The notes beneath the pieces are model-generated. The model was given only the letters and a program-made list of their open reading frames with translations, made no database searches and was not told the origin of the DNA. Source: Thermodesulfobacteriota bacterium (GTDB taxonomy: Bacteria > Desulfobacterota > WTBG01 > JAGOGO01). Taken from it: a stretch of DNA of 32,000 nucleotides. Location of the stretch: the NCBI GenBank assembly GCA_026625185.1, contig CP113000.1, forward strand, positions 1,335,622 through 1,367,621, given 5' to 3'. Each line of letters begins with the position of its first letter. Within the stretch, counting starts at the first letter, position 1. A program made the translations under genes and the position numbers. Shown piece after piece: positions 23,243 to 31,656 of this stretch.

Positions 23243-24886
23243 TTAGATTGTTTGGTTGGATTGTCTTAATAAAATTTTTTCTTCGGACTTCTGGTTTGAA
23301 ATAAGCTCCTCAATTTTTTCGGTGAGGGGGCTCAAGGTCTCAGTGTTAACTGCCGAGATGCTCGTCGCATCATAAAGACGGCATAGATTTTTAAGCATTT
23401 CCTTGTCCGGAAATTTGTCTTCTTTATTAAAGACGCGAATCATAGGAATCTGTCCCAGTTCTAAGTCAGTTAAGATTTTTTCACAAGCGTCCATCTGCCT
23501 TTTAAAGTTAGGGTTACTTACATCAATGATATGCACTAAAAGGTCAGCCTGGCTAAGTTCTTCTAAGGTTGCCCGAAAAGCATTCACCAAATCTCTTGGC
23601 AAGTCACGAATGAAACCTACGGTATCCGTGATAATGACCTCAGTGTCCCGGGGAAAGCGGAGACGTCGGCTGGTTGGGTCGAGTGTGGCAAAGAGGCGGT
23701 CTTCAACATGCACCCGGCTATGAGTAAGGGAGTTTAAAAGTGTTGATTTTCCCGCGTTGGTGTAACCGACAATCGAAATAATCGGCAGATCACCTTTTTC
23801 CCTTTTTTTGCGGGTTGTTATTCTTCTCTCCTGAATCTTTTTGATTTCCTTTTCTAACCGGTTGATTCGGTCTCGAACGCGCCTTCGATCTATTTCCAGC
23901 TTTTGTTCTCCGGGCCCTCGCCCCCCAATCCCTCCCATTAACCGGGACATGGCCGTATTTTTTTTAACTAACCGGGGAAGAAGATACTTCAACTGGGCAA
24001 GCTCTACTTGAATTTTCCCTTCCTTGCTTTGGGCGCGTTGAGCAAAAATGTCGAGAATAAGCTGGGTGCGGTCAATAACCTTCATATCAGTTTGGTCAGT
24101 AATTGACTTCACCTGAGCCGGGTTCAGTTCACAGTCAAAAATCAGGAGGGTAGCCCCCTGTTGGATGCTTCTGATGGCAACTTCACGTAACTTTCCCTCT
24201 CCCAAAAGATGACGAGGATCCACCTGCGGGCGGTACTGGATAATATGATCTAAGACGCTAATATTGCAGGATTCCGCCAGTTCTCGCAATTCGTTTAGTG
24301 AATCAAGGATTTCATGTTTGGCTTTGTTAGAAACACTTATCAACAGGGCCTTTTCCTTCCCTTCTGCTTTCTTAAGAGGCTTTTGCTTTCGCTCAAACTC
24401 TTCTTCCAAAGAAGTAATGAGTTCTAAAAAGTCAAGGTTCACGTGCGAAGGGTGAAGAAATTCCAAGAAGGCCCATTTTTCGTTTTGAGGATTTTGGGGA
24501 AAAAGATAGGCCAGATATGTTTTTCCGGGAAGGCCATCTTTGTCCACAGAAATTGCAGTCATTAAATCGAGGTGAAGAAAGGTTAAATCAGTGAGGTCAT
24601 CTTGGGAGATTGGCTCTTTATTTAGATGAGTATGAACTAAACGAAGTCCCCGCAGTCGAGTAACCGAAGAACGATAGCCGGACAAATCGGGTATAAAAAG
24701 TCCCTGGTGGTCTCCGATAATAACATGAGTAATATTTCCTTTGCGGTTAACTAAAATTCCCACCTGACGTTTGGCGTCTGAGGAAAGGAGGGTCAGGCGT
24801 CGGGCGATTTCTGGAGTGATAATCTGGTCAGCTGGAATCCTTCGCTGATATAACCGTTGTAACTCTTTTGTTTGACTCGGTTTCAA
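23243..24886 (-). CDS. hflX: GTPase HflX (long form with N-terminal extension)
   Basis: G1 GYTNAGKSTLLN, G3 DTVGFI and G4 NKEDK, plus the HflX-N Gly-rich segment GGIGGRGPGEQKLE. 547 aa with a TTG start at 24886. Confidence 0.9.
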   Translation of the reverse strand: MKPSQTKELQRLYQRRIPADQIITPEIARRLTLLSSDAKRQVGILVNRKGNITHVIIGDHQGLFIPDLSGYRSSVTRLRGLRLVHTHLNKEPISQDDLTDLTFLHLDLMTAISVDKDGLPGKTYLAYLFPQNPQNEKWAFLEFLHPSHVNLDFLELITSLEEEFERKQKPLKKAEGKEKALLISVSNKAKHEILDSLNELRELAESCNISVLDHIIQYRPQVDPRHLLGEGKLREVAIRSIQQGATLLIFDCELNPAQVKSITDQTDMKVIDRTQLILDIFAQRAQSKEGKIQVELAQLKYLLPRLVKKNTAMSRLMGGIGGRGPGEQKLEIDRRRVRDRINRLEKEIKKIQERRITTRKKREKGDLPIISIVGYTNAGKSTLLNSLTHSRVHVEDRLFATLDPTSRRLRFPRDTEVIITDTVGFIRDLPRDLVNAFRATLEELSQADLLVHIIDVSNPNFKRQMDACEKILTDLELGQIPMIRVFNKEDKFPDKEMLKNLCRLYDATSISAVNTETLSPLTEKIEELISNQKSEEKILLRQSNQTI

Positions 24887-25065
24887 ACCGTTTAAGTTTC
24901 CGTACAGTTTTCCTATGTTAGGCGCTCCTTTCTTAAATACTGTCCTTGCTTGAAAAGCAAGCTTTTCCTTTTATCCGATCAGAAGATATCAATGATAAGT
25001 ATTGTAATTTTAAAAGATTTGATAAAGAATGTCAAAAATTATTCGCCCCCGTTCAGGAGAAATTC

Positions 25066-25638
25066 GTGCTTTTTAAAAATAACGCCCCAGAAAAAAATAA
25101 ACGGTTTATTTTCTGGAGCCTTTTGGCCCTTTACGTCAGCGTGATTTTCTGCTCTACCCCCTATGCATACCCTGCCTTAAAATTTCTTATGGACAAAGCA
25201 AAGCTCAACCTGAATCTCGGCATGTCTCTTTTAGGTATTTTTATGTTTATTTATTTTTATATTGTTTTAATCAAAACAAAAAATCTGAGAACCGTGAAAG
25301 CAAGCTTGATTTTAAGTTGCATGGTAATAGGCTACATTATCATTTTCCTAATTTTTACTAAAAATCCGGTCGAACGTTTTCATCTTTTTGAGTATGGGGT
25401 TTTAAGTTATTTCATCTACCAGGCCCTGGCCATCGATTTGCACGAGGAAAACCTATACGGGTGGGGAATGATTATTGTACTTCTGGTTAGTTCCCTTGAT
25501 GAATTATTTCAACTCTCCCTCCCGCATCGTTTTGGAGATCTTAAAGATATTTTTATAAATTGTTTATCAGGATTATTAGGATTTGGAGTTTTAAACACTA
25601 CTCATAAACCATACGTAATAAAAAATGATGAAAAATAA
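25066..25638 (+). CDS. VanZ-like family membrane protein
   Basis: Multiple TM helices and a C-terminal ...SSLDELFQLSLPHRFGDLKDIFINCLSGLLG (VanZ-type DE..Q...P.R....D motif). GTG 25066 with AGGAG 6 nt upstream is preferred over the track start TTG 24946, whose first 40 codons are hydrophilic and overlap a hairpin. Confidence 0.65.
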   Translation: MLFKNNAPEKNKRFIFWSLLALYVSVIFCSTPYAYPALKFLMDKAKLNLNLGMSLLGIFMFIYFYIVLIKTKNLRTVKASLILSCMVIGYIIIFLIFTKNPVERFHLFEYGVLSYFIYQALAIDLHEENLYGWGMIIVLLVSSLDELFQLSLPHRFGDLKDIFINCLSGLLGFGVLNTTHKPYVIKNDEK

Positions 25639-25707
25639 ATAGTTGGTAGTGTTTTGACTTTTGTTTCTCAGTTTAAAAAAATTTTATTTTATCCTTTCAT
25701 AAACAGG

Positions 25708-25758
25708 TTGCATTTTTAAAATTATTGCAATACTAATGCAAATTAACTAAAAATGCAA
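25708..25758. promoter_or_regulatory. Nested palindromic operator overlapping a sigma70-like promoter upstream of bioF
   Basis: The outer perfect inverted repeat is TTGCATTTTTA (25708-25718) / TAAAAATGCAA (25748-25758). The inner pair is TTGCA (25725-25729) / TGCAA (25737-25741). Four TTGCA half-sites start at 25708, 25725, 25737 and 25754 (spacings 17, 12, 17). TTGCAT-N17-TACTAA (25708-25736) reads as -35/-10. Confidence 0.5.
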
Positions 25759-25791
25759 TAAAAAATAAATAGTTATCCTTGGAGCTTTGCT

Positions 25792-26961
25792 ATGGAAGAT
25801 TTTTTGCTCAATGCCTTGAAAAAAACTGACCAAGAAGGATTATACCGTACCCTCCAATCTCTTGAAACCGCCCAATCGCCAGTGGTAGTTGTGGGAGGGA
25901 AAAGAGTGATTCAGTTTTCTTCAAATAATTACTTAGGGCTGACTAACCATCCGGCATTAAAAAGGGCTGCTCAGGAGGCCATTGAACGATATGGGGTTGG
26001 AACCGGAGCATCCCGGTTGATTGCCGGAAATCTCGAACTTTATGAGCAGCTCGAAAAAAATTTGGCGCGGTTCAAGGGAACCGAATCCGCCATTGTTTTC
26101 CCCACCGGCTACCAGACCAACGTGGGCACTATTTCCGCCCTCATGGGAGAAAAAGATCTCATTTTCAGTGATGCCTTAAACCATGCGAGTATTGTTGACG
26201 GCTGCCGACTCTGTGGGGCAAAGATTATCATCTATCCCCACCGTGACCTGGATGCTTTGGAACAGTTAATTAAAACCGCACCTCAAGCGAAAAATCGGAT
26301 GATTATCACTGATGGAGTTTTTAGTGTGGATGGCACGATCGCTCCTCTGCCCGGTCTGGTGGAATTAGCCGGACGTTATGGATGCTGGCTCATGGTGGAC
26401 GAGGCCCACGCTACCGGAGTTCTGGGGAACCGGGGACGGGGAACAGCCGAGCATTTCGGAGTTGAAAAGGGAGTTGATATTCACATGGGTACCTTTAGTA
26501 AGGCATTAGGAAGTCTCGGGGGTTATGTAGCCGGAAGCAAAAATTTGATAGATTTTCTTATAAATAAAAGCCGGAGCCTCATTTATACCACTGGTCTTCC
26601 ACCCTCAGTAGTGGCGGTAAATCGTGCCGCGTTAGAACTCGTTGAAAATGGTTTGGACCTAAGAAAAGCACTCTGGGAACGAGTTGGTTTTTTTAGAAAC
26701 GAATTAAATAGGTTGGGGTTTAATACGTTTTCGAGTGAAGCCCAGATTATCCCGGTTATTATCGGCGACCCGGTCAAGACCATGGATGTTTTCCAATATT
26801 TATTTTCCCGAGGAGTGTTAGCTTATGGAGTCAGACCCCCTACGGTACCTGAGGGGCTTTCGCGAATAAGGATTGCGGTCATGGCCACTCATGGGTGGGA
26901 TGACCTTTACTTTGGATTACAGGTCTTAGAAGAAGCAGGAAAGAGGTTTGGAATCATTTAA
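25792..26961 (+). CDS. bioF: 8-amino-7-oxononanoate synthase
   Basis: FSSNNYLGL, ALNHASI.DG, DEAHATG..G..G.G, and GTFSKALGS.GGY (PLP Lys). About 389 aa, AONS / alpha-oxoamine synthase family, directly followed by bioA. Confidence 0.88.
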   Translation: MEDFLLNALKKTDQEGLYRTLQSLETAQSPVVVVGGKRVIQFSSNNYLGLTNHPALKRAAQEAIERYGVGTGASRLIAGNLELYEQLEKNLARFKGTESAIVFPTGYQTNVGTISALMGEKDLIFSDALNHASIVDGCRLCGAKIIIYPHRDLDALEQLIKTAPQAKNRMIITDGVFSVDGTIAPLPGLVELAGRYGCWLMVDEAHATGVLGNRGRGTAEHFGVEKGVDIHMGTFSKALGSLGGYVAGSKNLIDFLINKSRSLIYTTGLPPSVVAVNRAALELVENGLDLRKALWERVGFFRNELNRLGFNTFSSEAQIIPVIIGDPVKTMDVFQYLFSRGVLAYGVRPPTVPEGLSRIRIAVMATHGWDDLYFGLQVLEEAGKRFGII

Positions 26962-26975
26962 CGATAAGTAAGAAA

Positions 26976-28370
26976 ATGAAAAAAAAGATTAAAAAAGCAA
27001 TCGTCCCGGTGAAAAATAATGCCCCTCACCTCTCGAAGATGGATAAAAAATATCTTTGGCATCCTTTTACTCAAATGCGAGATTTTCTTAATGACGAACC
27101 TTTAATTATTGCTGAAGGAAAAGGCAATTATTTAATTGACATAAAGAGGAAAAAATATCTCGATGGAGTCTCCTCTCTCTGGGTTACGGTGCATGGCCAT
27201 CGGCATCCGGATATAAACGCGGCGATCATTGCTCAAGTGAAAAAAATCTCCCATTCCACCTTATTTGGAATCAGCAATGTTCCGGCTATTAAGCTCGCCC
27301 AGCAGTTAGTAAAAATATCCCCTCCGGGAATCAACAAAGTTTTTTATTCAGAATGTGGAGCAACAGCAGTAGAGATTGGATTGAAGATAGCTTTTCAATA
27401 CTGGCAGCAGCGGAAAAACCCCCGACCGCAAAAGACCAAATTCCTTTATCTCCAAAATTCCTACCATGGCGACACCCTGGGGGCAGTGGGTGTAGGAGGA
27501 ATTGACTTGTTTCATAAAATCTACCGCCCATTATTGACTGAAAATATCCGTGTTTACGGGCCGTATTGTTACCGATGTTTTTTAGGTAAAAATCAAACTT
27601 CCTGTAAAATGGAGTGCGTAGATGAACTCGAAAAAATTATGCGGACCCGACACCAGGAGATAGCGGCCTTTATTATTGAGCCTTTGGTTCAGGGGGCCGC
27701 CGGAATGGTAATCGCTCCTCGCGGATATTTGAAAAAGGTGAAAGAACTTTGTAACAAGTATGAAATCCTTCTTATTGCTGATGAGGTAGCCGTTGGTTTC
27801 GGCCGCACTGGTCGGATGTTTGCGTGTGAACATGAACATGTTTCTCCGGATATTATGGCCGTGGGGAAAGGGATCACCGGGGGATATTTGCCCCTCGCGG
27901 CCACCCTAACGACGGATGAGGTTTATAAAGCGTTCTTGGGTGAGTTTTGGGAGTTTAAAACATTTTATCATGGCCACACCTATACGGGTAACCCGGTTTC
28001 CTGTGCCGCTGCTTTGGCTAATTTATCAGTCTTTAAAAAAGAAAAGACCTTAGAGAAGCTTCAGGATAAAATTGTTTTATTCACGGATCAGCTTCAAAAA
28101 TTTGAGAAGCTGGAACATGTGGGTGAGATTCGCCAGAAAGGTTTTATGGTGGGAATTGAACTGGTATTGGACCAAATCACCAAAGAATCCTACCCGGTGA
28201 AGGAAAAAATCGGTATTCGGGTAATTAAGGAGGCACGAAAAAACGGCTTGGTTATTCGTTCCCTTGGGGATGTCATTGTGCTTATGCCTCCGCTGAGTAT
28301 TGCAAAGGCTGAATTAAAAAAGATCGCTGAGATTACCTTTGCAGCCATTAAAAAGGTTACGGAATTATAG
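26976..28370 (+). CDS. bioA: Adenosylmethionine-8-amino-7-oxononanoate aminotransferase
   Basis: KYLWHPFTQM, SSLWVTVHGHRHP, YHGDTLGA, LIADEVAVGFGRTGRMFACEH, and GKGITGGYLPLAAT (PLP Lys). Close in pattern to Bacillus BioA as I recall it. An alternative start at ATG 27039 is possible. Confidence 0.92.
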   Translation: MKKKIKKAIVPVKNNAPHLSKMDKKYLWHPFTQMRDFLNDEPLIIAEGKGNYLIDIKRKKYLDGVSSLWVTVHGHRHPDINAAIIAQVKKISHSTLFGISNVPAIKLAQQLVKISPPGINKVFYSECGATAVEIGLKIAFQYWQQRKNPRPQKTKFLYLQNSYHGDTLGAVGVGGIDLFHKIYRPLLTENIRVYGPYCYRCFLGKNQTSCKMECVDELEKIMRTRHQEIAAFIIEPLVQGAAGMVIAPRGYLKKVKELCNKYEILLIADEVAVGFGRTGRMFACEHEHVSPDIMAVGKGITGGYLPLAATLTTDEVYKAFLGEFWEFKTFYHGHTYTGNPVSCAAALANLSVFKKEKTLEKLQDKIVLFTDQLQKFEKLEHVGEIRQKGFMVGIELVLDQITKESYPVKEKIGIRVIKEARKNGLVIRSLGDVIVLMPPLSIAKAELKKIAEITFAAIKKVTEL

Positions 28371-28411
28371 GAAAACTATTCGCTGAACGAGGAAAATTGA
28401 GGGATTTTTTG

Positions 28412-29335
28412 TCAGTTCATGATCAAGGTACGCCACCCGGAAATAATTGAACCCACACTGAGGTCAAGGGCGCCTGAGGCCTCTGCCATGGGGGTAAACC
28501 CGCAATCAGCGCATTTCACCTCACCCCTATTTTTAACATAGCACCCGACAGTAATTTTTGCGTTGGGTTCGGCATTAATGAGAATGTCATCATGGCAGAC
28601 CCATTTATTTTCCATCATCGCCCTGAGGCGGTTGATAGAATTAAGGATTGGATAACCGCTTTTTTTGAGCTTGATTGTTTTTTCCAAAGCAGCTTTCCGC
28701 TCGTCAAGAGAAAGTGCCAGTGGTTTTTCATCCTGGCCGTAGGGATAAAAAAGCTGGACGGTCAGGCCTTTCACCGCGGGGACTTCTCTTAAACGTTCAA
28801 CCAATTCATCCAGGTCGCGCCAGTTTTGCTTGTTGATCGTGAAATGAATTAAAAGCCTGGGATGGTGTGCGCTGTTTATGTTGGACCAAACGGTATCAAA
28901 AGAATTACTCCGGAGAAAGTCATGGGTTTCCTTCAACCCATCTAAACTCACCCATAAAACATCTGTCGGCACGTTGAGCGGTAACGTCCCATTGGTAGTA
29001 ACGCCTACTCGCAGGAAAAGCTTTTTTGCATACTGCACGAGATCAGTAAACTCGTAACCACCATCTGCCCAAAGCAGAGGCTCTCCTCCTTCAAATATCA
29101 CGAAACGACAACCGGCTCTTTTTAAATTTTCTATAACCGTAATGGCCAGCTCCCAGCTAATATGGGAGTCTTGCTGTTGTGCTTTTTGATGGAATGGGCA
29201 GGCATGACATTTTAAGTTGCAACGGTAGGTTATTTTGAAACTTGCTAAAAGTGGTATCTTCTGACCCAAAATTTTTCTTCGGAAGTAAAAATCCAGCAGG
29301 TCAATGCTCCAGTGGAGGCGGCTTTTAGATGACAT
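28412..29335 (-). CDS. Radical SAM protein with C-terminal auxiliary Cys motif
   Basis: The CxxxCxxC cluster is in FKITYRCNLKCHACPF, followed by FEGGEPLL, GVTTNGTL and SLDG...HD..R. The C-terminus is ...VCHDD...VGCYVKNRGEVKCADCGF (twitch/SPASM- or HpnH-DUF3463-like ending). Confidence 0.8.
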   Translation of the reverse strand: MSSKSRLHWSIDLLDFYFRRKILGQKIPLLASFKITYRCNLKCHACPFHQKAQQQDSHISWELAITVIENLKRAGCRFVIFEGGEPLLWADGGYEFTDLVQYAKKLFLRVGVTTNGTLPLNVPTDVLWVSLDGLKETHDFLRSNSFDTVWSNINSAHHPRLLIHFTINKQNWRDLDELVERLREVPAVKGLTVQLFYPYGQDEKPLALSLDERKAALEKTIKLKKSGYPILNSINRLRAMMENKWVCHDDILINAEPNAKITVGCYVKNRGEVKCADCGFTPMAEASGALDLSVGSIISGWRTLIMN

Positions 29336-29455
29336 CCGGTTAAAATCTGTTTTCGAGGTTAGAGATTAACAGTATTTTTGAAGTCGTTCAGGGTTGGATG
29401 AATATCCTTTTTAAATTCCCCGCCGCATTCGGAAAGAGAACAAAATATATTTCTT

Positions 29456-30832
29456 CTACATCTCCAGCCATTTTTTCCTGGCAAAGAAACCAACGCCAAT
29501 GAGCGCTAAAACAACCGAAATAATGATGACGTATAAAAAGGCATGGGGGGAGTTTTGAAAGGGTAGTTTGACATTCATCCCGTATAAACTGGCTATTAAA
29601 ATTGGAAGGGTAATGATTATAGCTATGGAGGTTAAAACCTTCATAACGATGTTTAAATTGTTGGAGATGATGGAGGCGAACGCGTCCATCATACCGCTCA
29701 GGATATCGCTGTAAATATTTGCCATCTCAATTGCCTGCTTGCTCTCGATCGCAATGTCTTCAAAGAGATCCTCGTTTTCCGAACTAATTTGCAACATGTC
29801 TATTTTTTGAAACCGTTCTAACATGAAGGCATTTGATTTTAAAGACGTGGTGAAATAAACCAGACTCTTTTCGATATTTAAAAGTTTAATGAGCTGCTGG
29901 TTCTTTGATGATTGTTCGAGTTTTTTCTGGATAATCGCGGCTGCGTTGTTAATCTGCTTCAGATATTGAAGAAAGAGCAAGGTTGCCCGAAGAAAAAGTT
30001 GCAAGACGAATCTATTTCTTTTGGCAGTGGAAAAATTTTTTACCTTTTGTTTTATAAAATTTAAAATTATCTCACTTTCCTTCGGACAAATCGTAATGAT
30101 TATACCATTAGTCAATATGATCCCGATAGGAACGGTAAAATACAAAACATCAAGATTCGTTTCATCAAAAAAAGGAGTTTTTAAAATGATAAGAGTAATG
30201 TCGTTTTCAATTTCCGTTCTTGATATTTCGTCCATATCGAGAGAGGCGGTCAAAAAGTCATAGGGAATATTAAAACGGTGGGTAAGAAAATCCAATTCTT
30301 CTTTTCCCGGGTTCGTTAGATTAATCCAGCAATCATTTTCGACTTTGTTAATTTTTTCCAGTTTGTTATCTATGGTTTTGTAAATTTCAATTTTTAATGA
30401 ATCTTTGTAAATAAATTCTGAAGGTGTTTTAAACTCAGCAACCGCCTCAATCTGGGCCGCTAATTTAGTAAAATCTTCTCTCTGAGTTTCCTGCAAAATG
30501 GTTTTTATTTTAATTTTGATTTCGTTGGGTAACTCCTGGAGAAAAGTAAATCTTTCTTCCGGGAGCATATAAGAAATAATTTCAAGGAGTTCATCTTCCT
30601 TAAATAACTCAATCAAAAGAAGCTTTGTATCGTCATCAAGACAAAAGAAGATAGAAGAACGAATCTCCTGGGGCAGGTTTAATAAAATATCATTTATTTC
30701 TTGAGGATAAAGAGCACCCAAAAAGTCCGCAACAATTGAAGGGGCGGTGGAAATACAAAAATCCTGAAGCTCGTCAATCTGGTTCGAGAGGAGCATTTCT
30801 CTGATTTCTGGTACAAGCAATGGGTTTTTCAT
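29456..30832 (-). CDS. CorA-family divalent cation transporter with an N-terminal MgtE_N-like domain
   Basis: The C-terminus has ...ASLYGMNVKLPF... (the GMN signature) between two TM helices, preceded by a ~250-aa CorA-type cytoplasmic region. The first ~120 aa (PEIREMLLSNQIDELQDF...PSIVADFLGALYPQEINDILLNLPQEIRSSIFFCLDDD...LIELFKEDELLEIISYMLPEERFTFLQELPNE) have the helical repeat pattern of the MgtE N-domain. Confidence 0.8.
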   Translation of the reverse strand: MKNPLLVPEIREMLLSNQIDELQDFCISTAPSIVADFLGALYPQEINDILLNLPQEIRSSIFFCLDDDTKLLLIELFKEDELLEIISYMLPEERFTFLQELPNEIKIKIKTILQETQREDFTKLAAQIEAVAEFKTPSEFIYKDSLKIEIYKTIDNKLEKINKVENDCWINLTNPGKEELDFLTHRFNIPYDFLTASLDMDEISRTEIENDITLIILKTPFFDETNLDVLYFTVPIGIILTNGIIITICPKESEIILNFIKQKVKNFSTAKRNRFVLQLFLRATLLFLQYLKQINNAAAIIQKKLEQSSKNQQLIKLLNIEKSLVYFTTSLKSNAFMLERFQKIDMLQISSENEDLFEDIAIESKQAIEMANIYSDILSGMMDAFASIISNNLNIVMKVLTSIAIIITLPILIASLYGMNVKLPFQNSPHAFLYVIIISVVLALIGVGFFARKKWLEM

Positions 30833-31002
30833 GATGTGCCCTCAGTTAATAAAAAAGTCTAATTTATTAATTCTATAATAGTTTGAAAATTTTTTCCATA
30901 ATCTTCTTCATTTTTTCTTAAATCTATTTCAGAGATTAAAAAATAATCCCCATCAGCAAAAGCACCCAATTAAAGCAATATGTCATCCGGAAAAAATTTA
31001 TT

Positions 31003-31038
31003 GAAAAAAAACGGCTGGTAAAAATTTACCAGCCGTTA
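31003..31038 (-). terminator. Orphan intrinsic terminator between the IHF-like gene and the CorA-like gene
   Basis: Minus-strand AACGGCUGGUA-aauuuu-UACCAGCCGUU (plus-strand 31011-31038) is followed by U8 (plus-strand A-run 31005-31012, the last two nt doubling as the base of the stem). It lies ~340 nt after the IHF-like stop and ~175 nt before the CorA-like ATG. Confidence 0.65.
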
Positions 31039-31325
31039 TGAGGAGGATAGAGGAGGAGAAAAGTTGAAATTAAAATTCTTAAAAGGTTAATCAGCTTAGT
31101 TAACAAATCTTTTCTTTAAAGTTAAGCGATAATCGTGCCAATATTTTTTAAAAAATTATATTGTTTTTATTAATTTTTTCGGCAAAATAAAAACTAAAAA
31201 AAACTATATTGTATTAAATATGCGACGTTATTTATAATTATTTGAAAATTAACCAAAAATAATTAATACCAATATTGCGACTCGGTAGCAATATTAAAAC
31301 ATTAAGGATAGTATAAAAAGGAAGA

Positions 31326-31362
31326 AACAAAAGAAAGGAGGGCTAATCACCCGGATTAGCCC
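31326..31362 (-). terminator. Intrinsic terminator of the IHF-like gene
   Basis: Minus-strand GGGCUAAUC-cgggu-GAUUAGCCC (plus-strand arms 31340-31348 and 31354-31362) is followed by the U-rich UCCUUUCUUUUGUUUCUUCC. It starts 18 nt after the stop codon. Confidence 0.7.
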
Positions 31363-31380
31363 AGCAATGAGATGGTTTTA

Positions 31381-31656
31381 TTATTTATTCAGTCTAATTC
31401 TCAGCTCTTTTCCTACCCTGAAAAAAGGAAGTTTTTTGGAAATCACCCCAACTTTTTCACCAGTTCGAGGGTTGCGGCCGGTATATCCTTTATAACTCCT
31501 CACCCTGAAACTTCCAAACCCCCTTATTTCAATTGATTTTCCTTCTTTAAGTTCCTGGAGCATGCTCGAAAAAATTAGGTTTACCACCGTTTCCGCTAAG
31601 GTTTTACTGATATTGCCTTTTTCCGATAATTTTTGAATCAATTCTGACTTAACCAT
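31381..31656 (-). CDS. ihfB: HU/IHF family DNA-binding protein, integration host factor beta-like
   Basis: 91 aa. MVKSELIQKLSEK..., ...IEIRGFGSFRVRSYKGYTGRNPRTGEKV...PFFRVGKELRIRLN parallels the IHF-beta pattern IEIRGFGSF...GRNPKTGE...P.FKPGKELR.R. Confidence 0.8.
   Translation of the reverse strand: MVKSELIQKLSEKGNISKTLAETVVNLIFSSMLQELKEGKSIEIRGFGSFRVRSYKGYTGRNPRTGEKVGVISKKLPFFRVGKELRIRLNK

Noticed and set aside
24887-24945. hflX starts at a TTG with no SD, while a good AAGGAG lies ~37 nt upstream with no canonical in-frame start after it (only ATA or CTG).
   Set aside because: This could hint at a non-canonical start, but no sequence evidence discriminates between the options. Long-form HflX N-termini vary, so this is left as an annotation caveat.
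24945-24961. Hairpin CTTGCT-tgaaa-AGCAAG followed by a T-rich run on the plus strand, at the tracked TTG start of the VanZ-like ORF.
   Set aside because: It looks terminator-like, but no plus-strand gene lies upstream for it to terminate. It sits in the divergent hflX/VanZ-like control region. With a 6-bp stem it is not distinctive enough to call, and I used it only as an argument against the 24946 start.
30833-31380. Possible Mg2+ (M-box) riboswitch upstream of the CorA-like transporter.
   Set aside because: The region is extremely AT-rich. It shows none of the GC-rich multi-helix core I associate with M-box RNAs, only a single terminator hairpin. It is reported instead as an unclassified candidate sRNA or leader.
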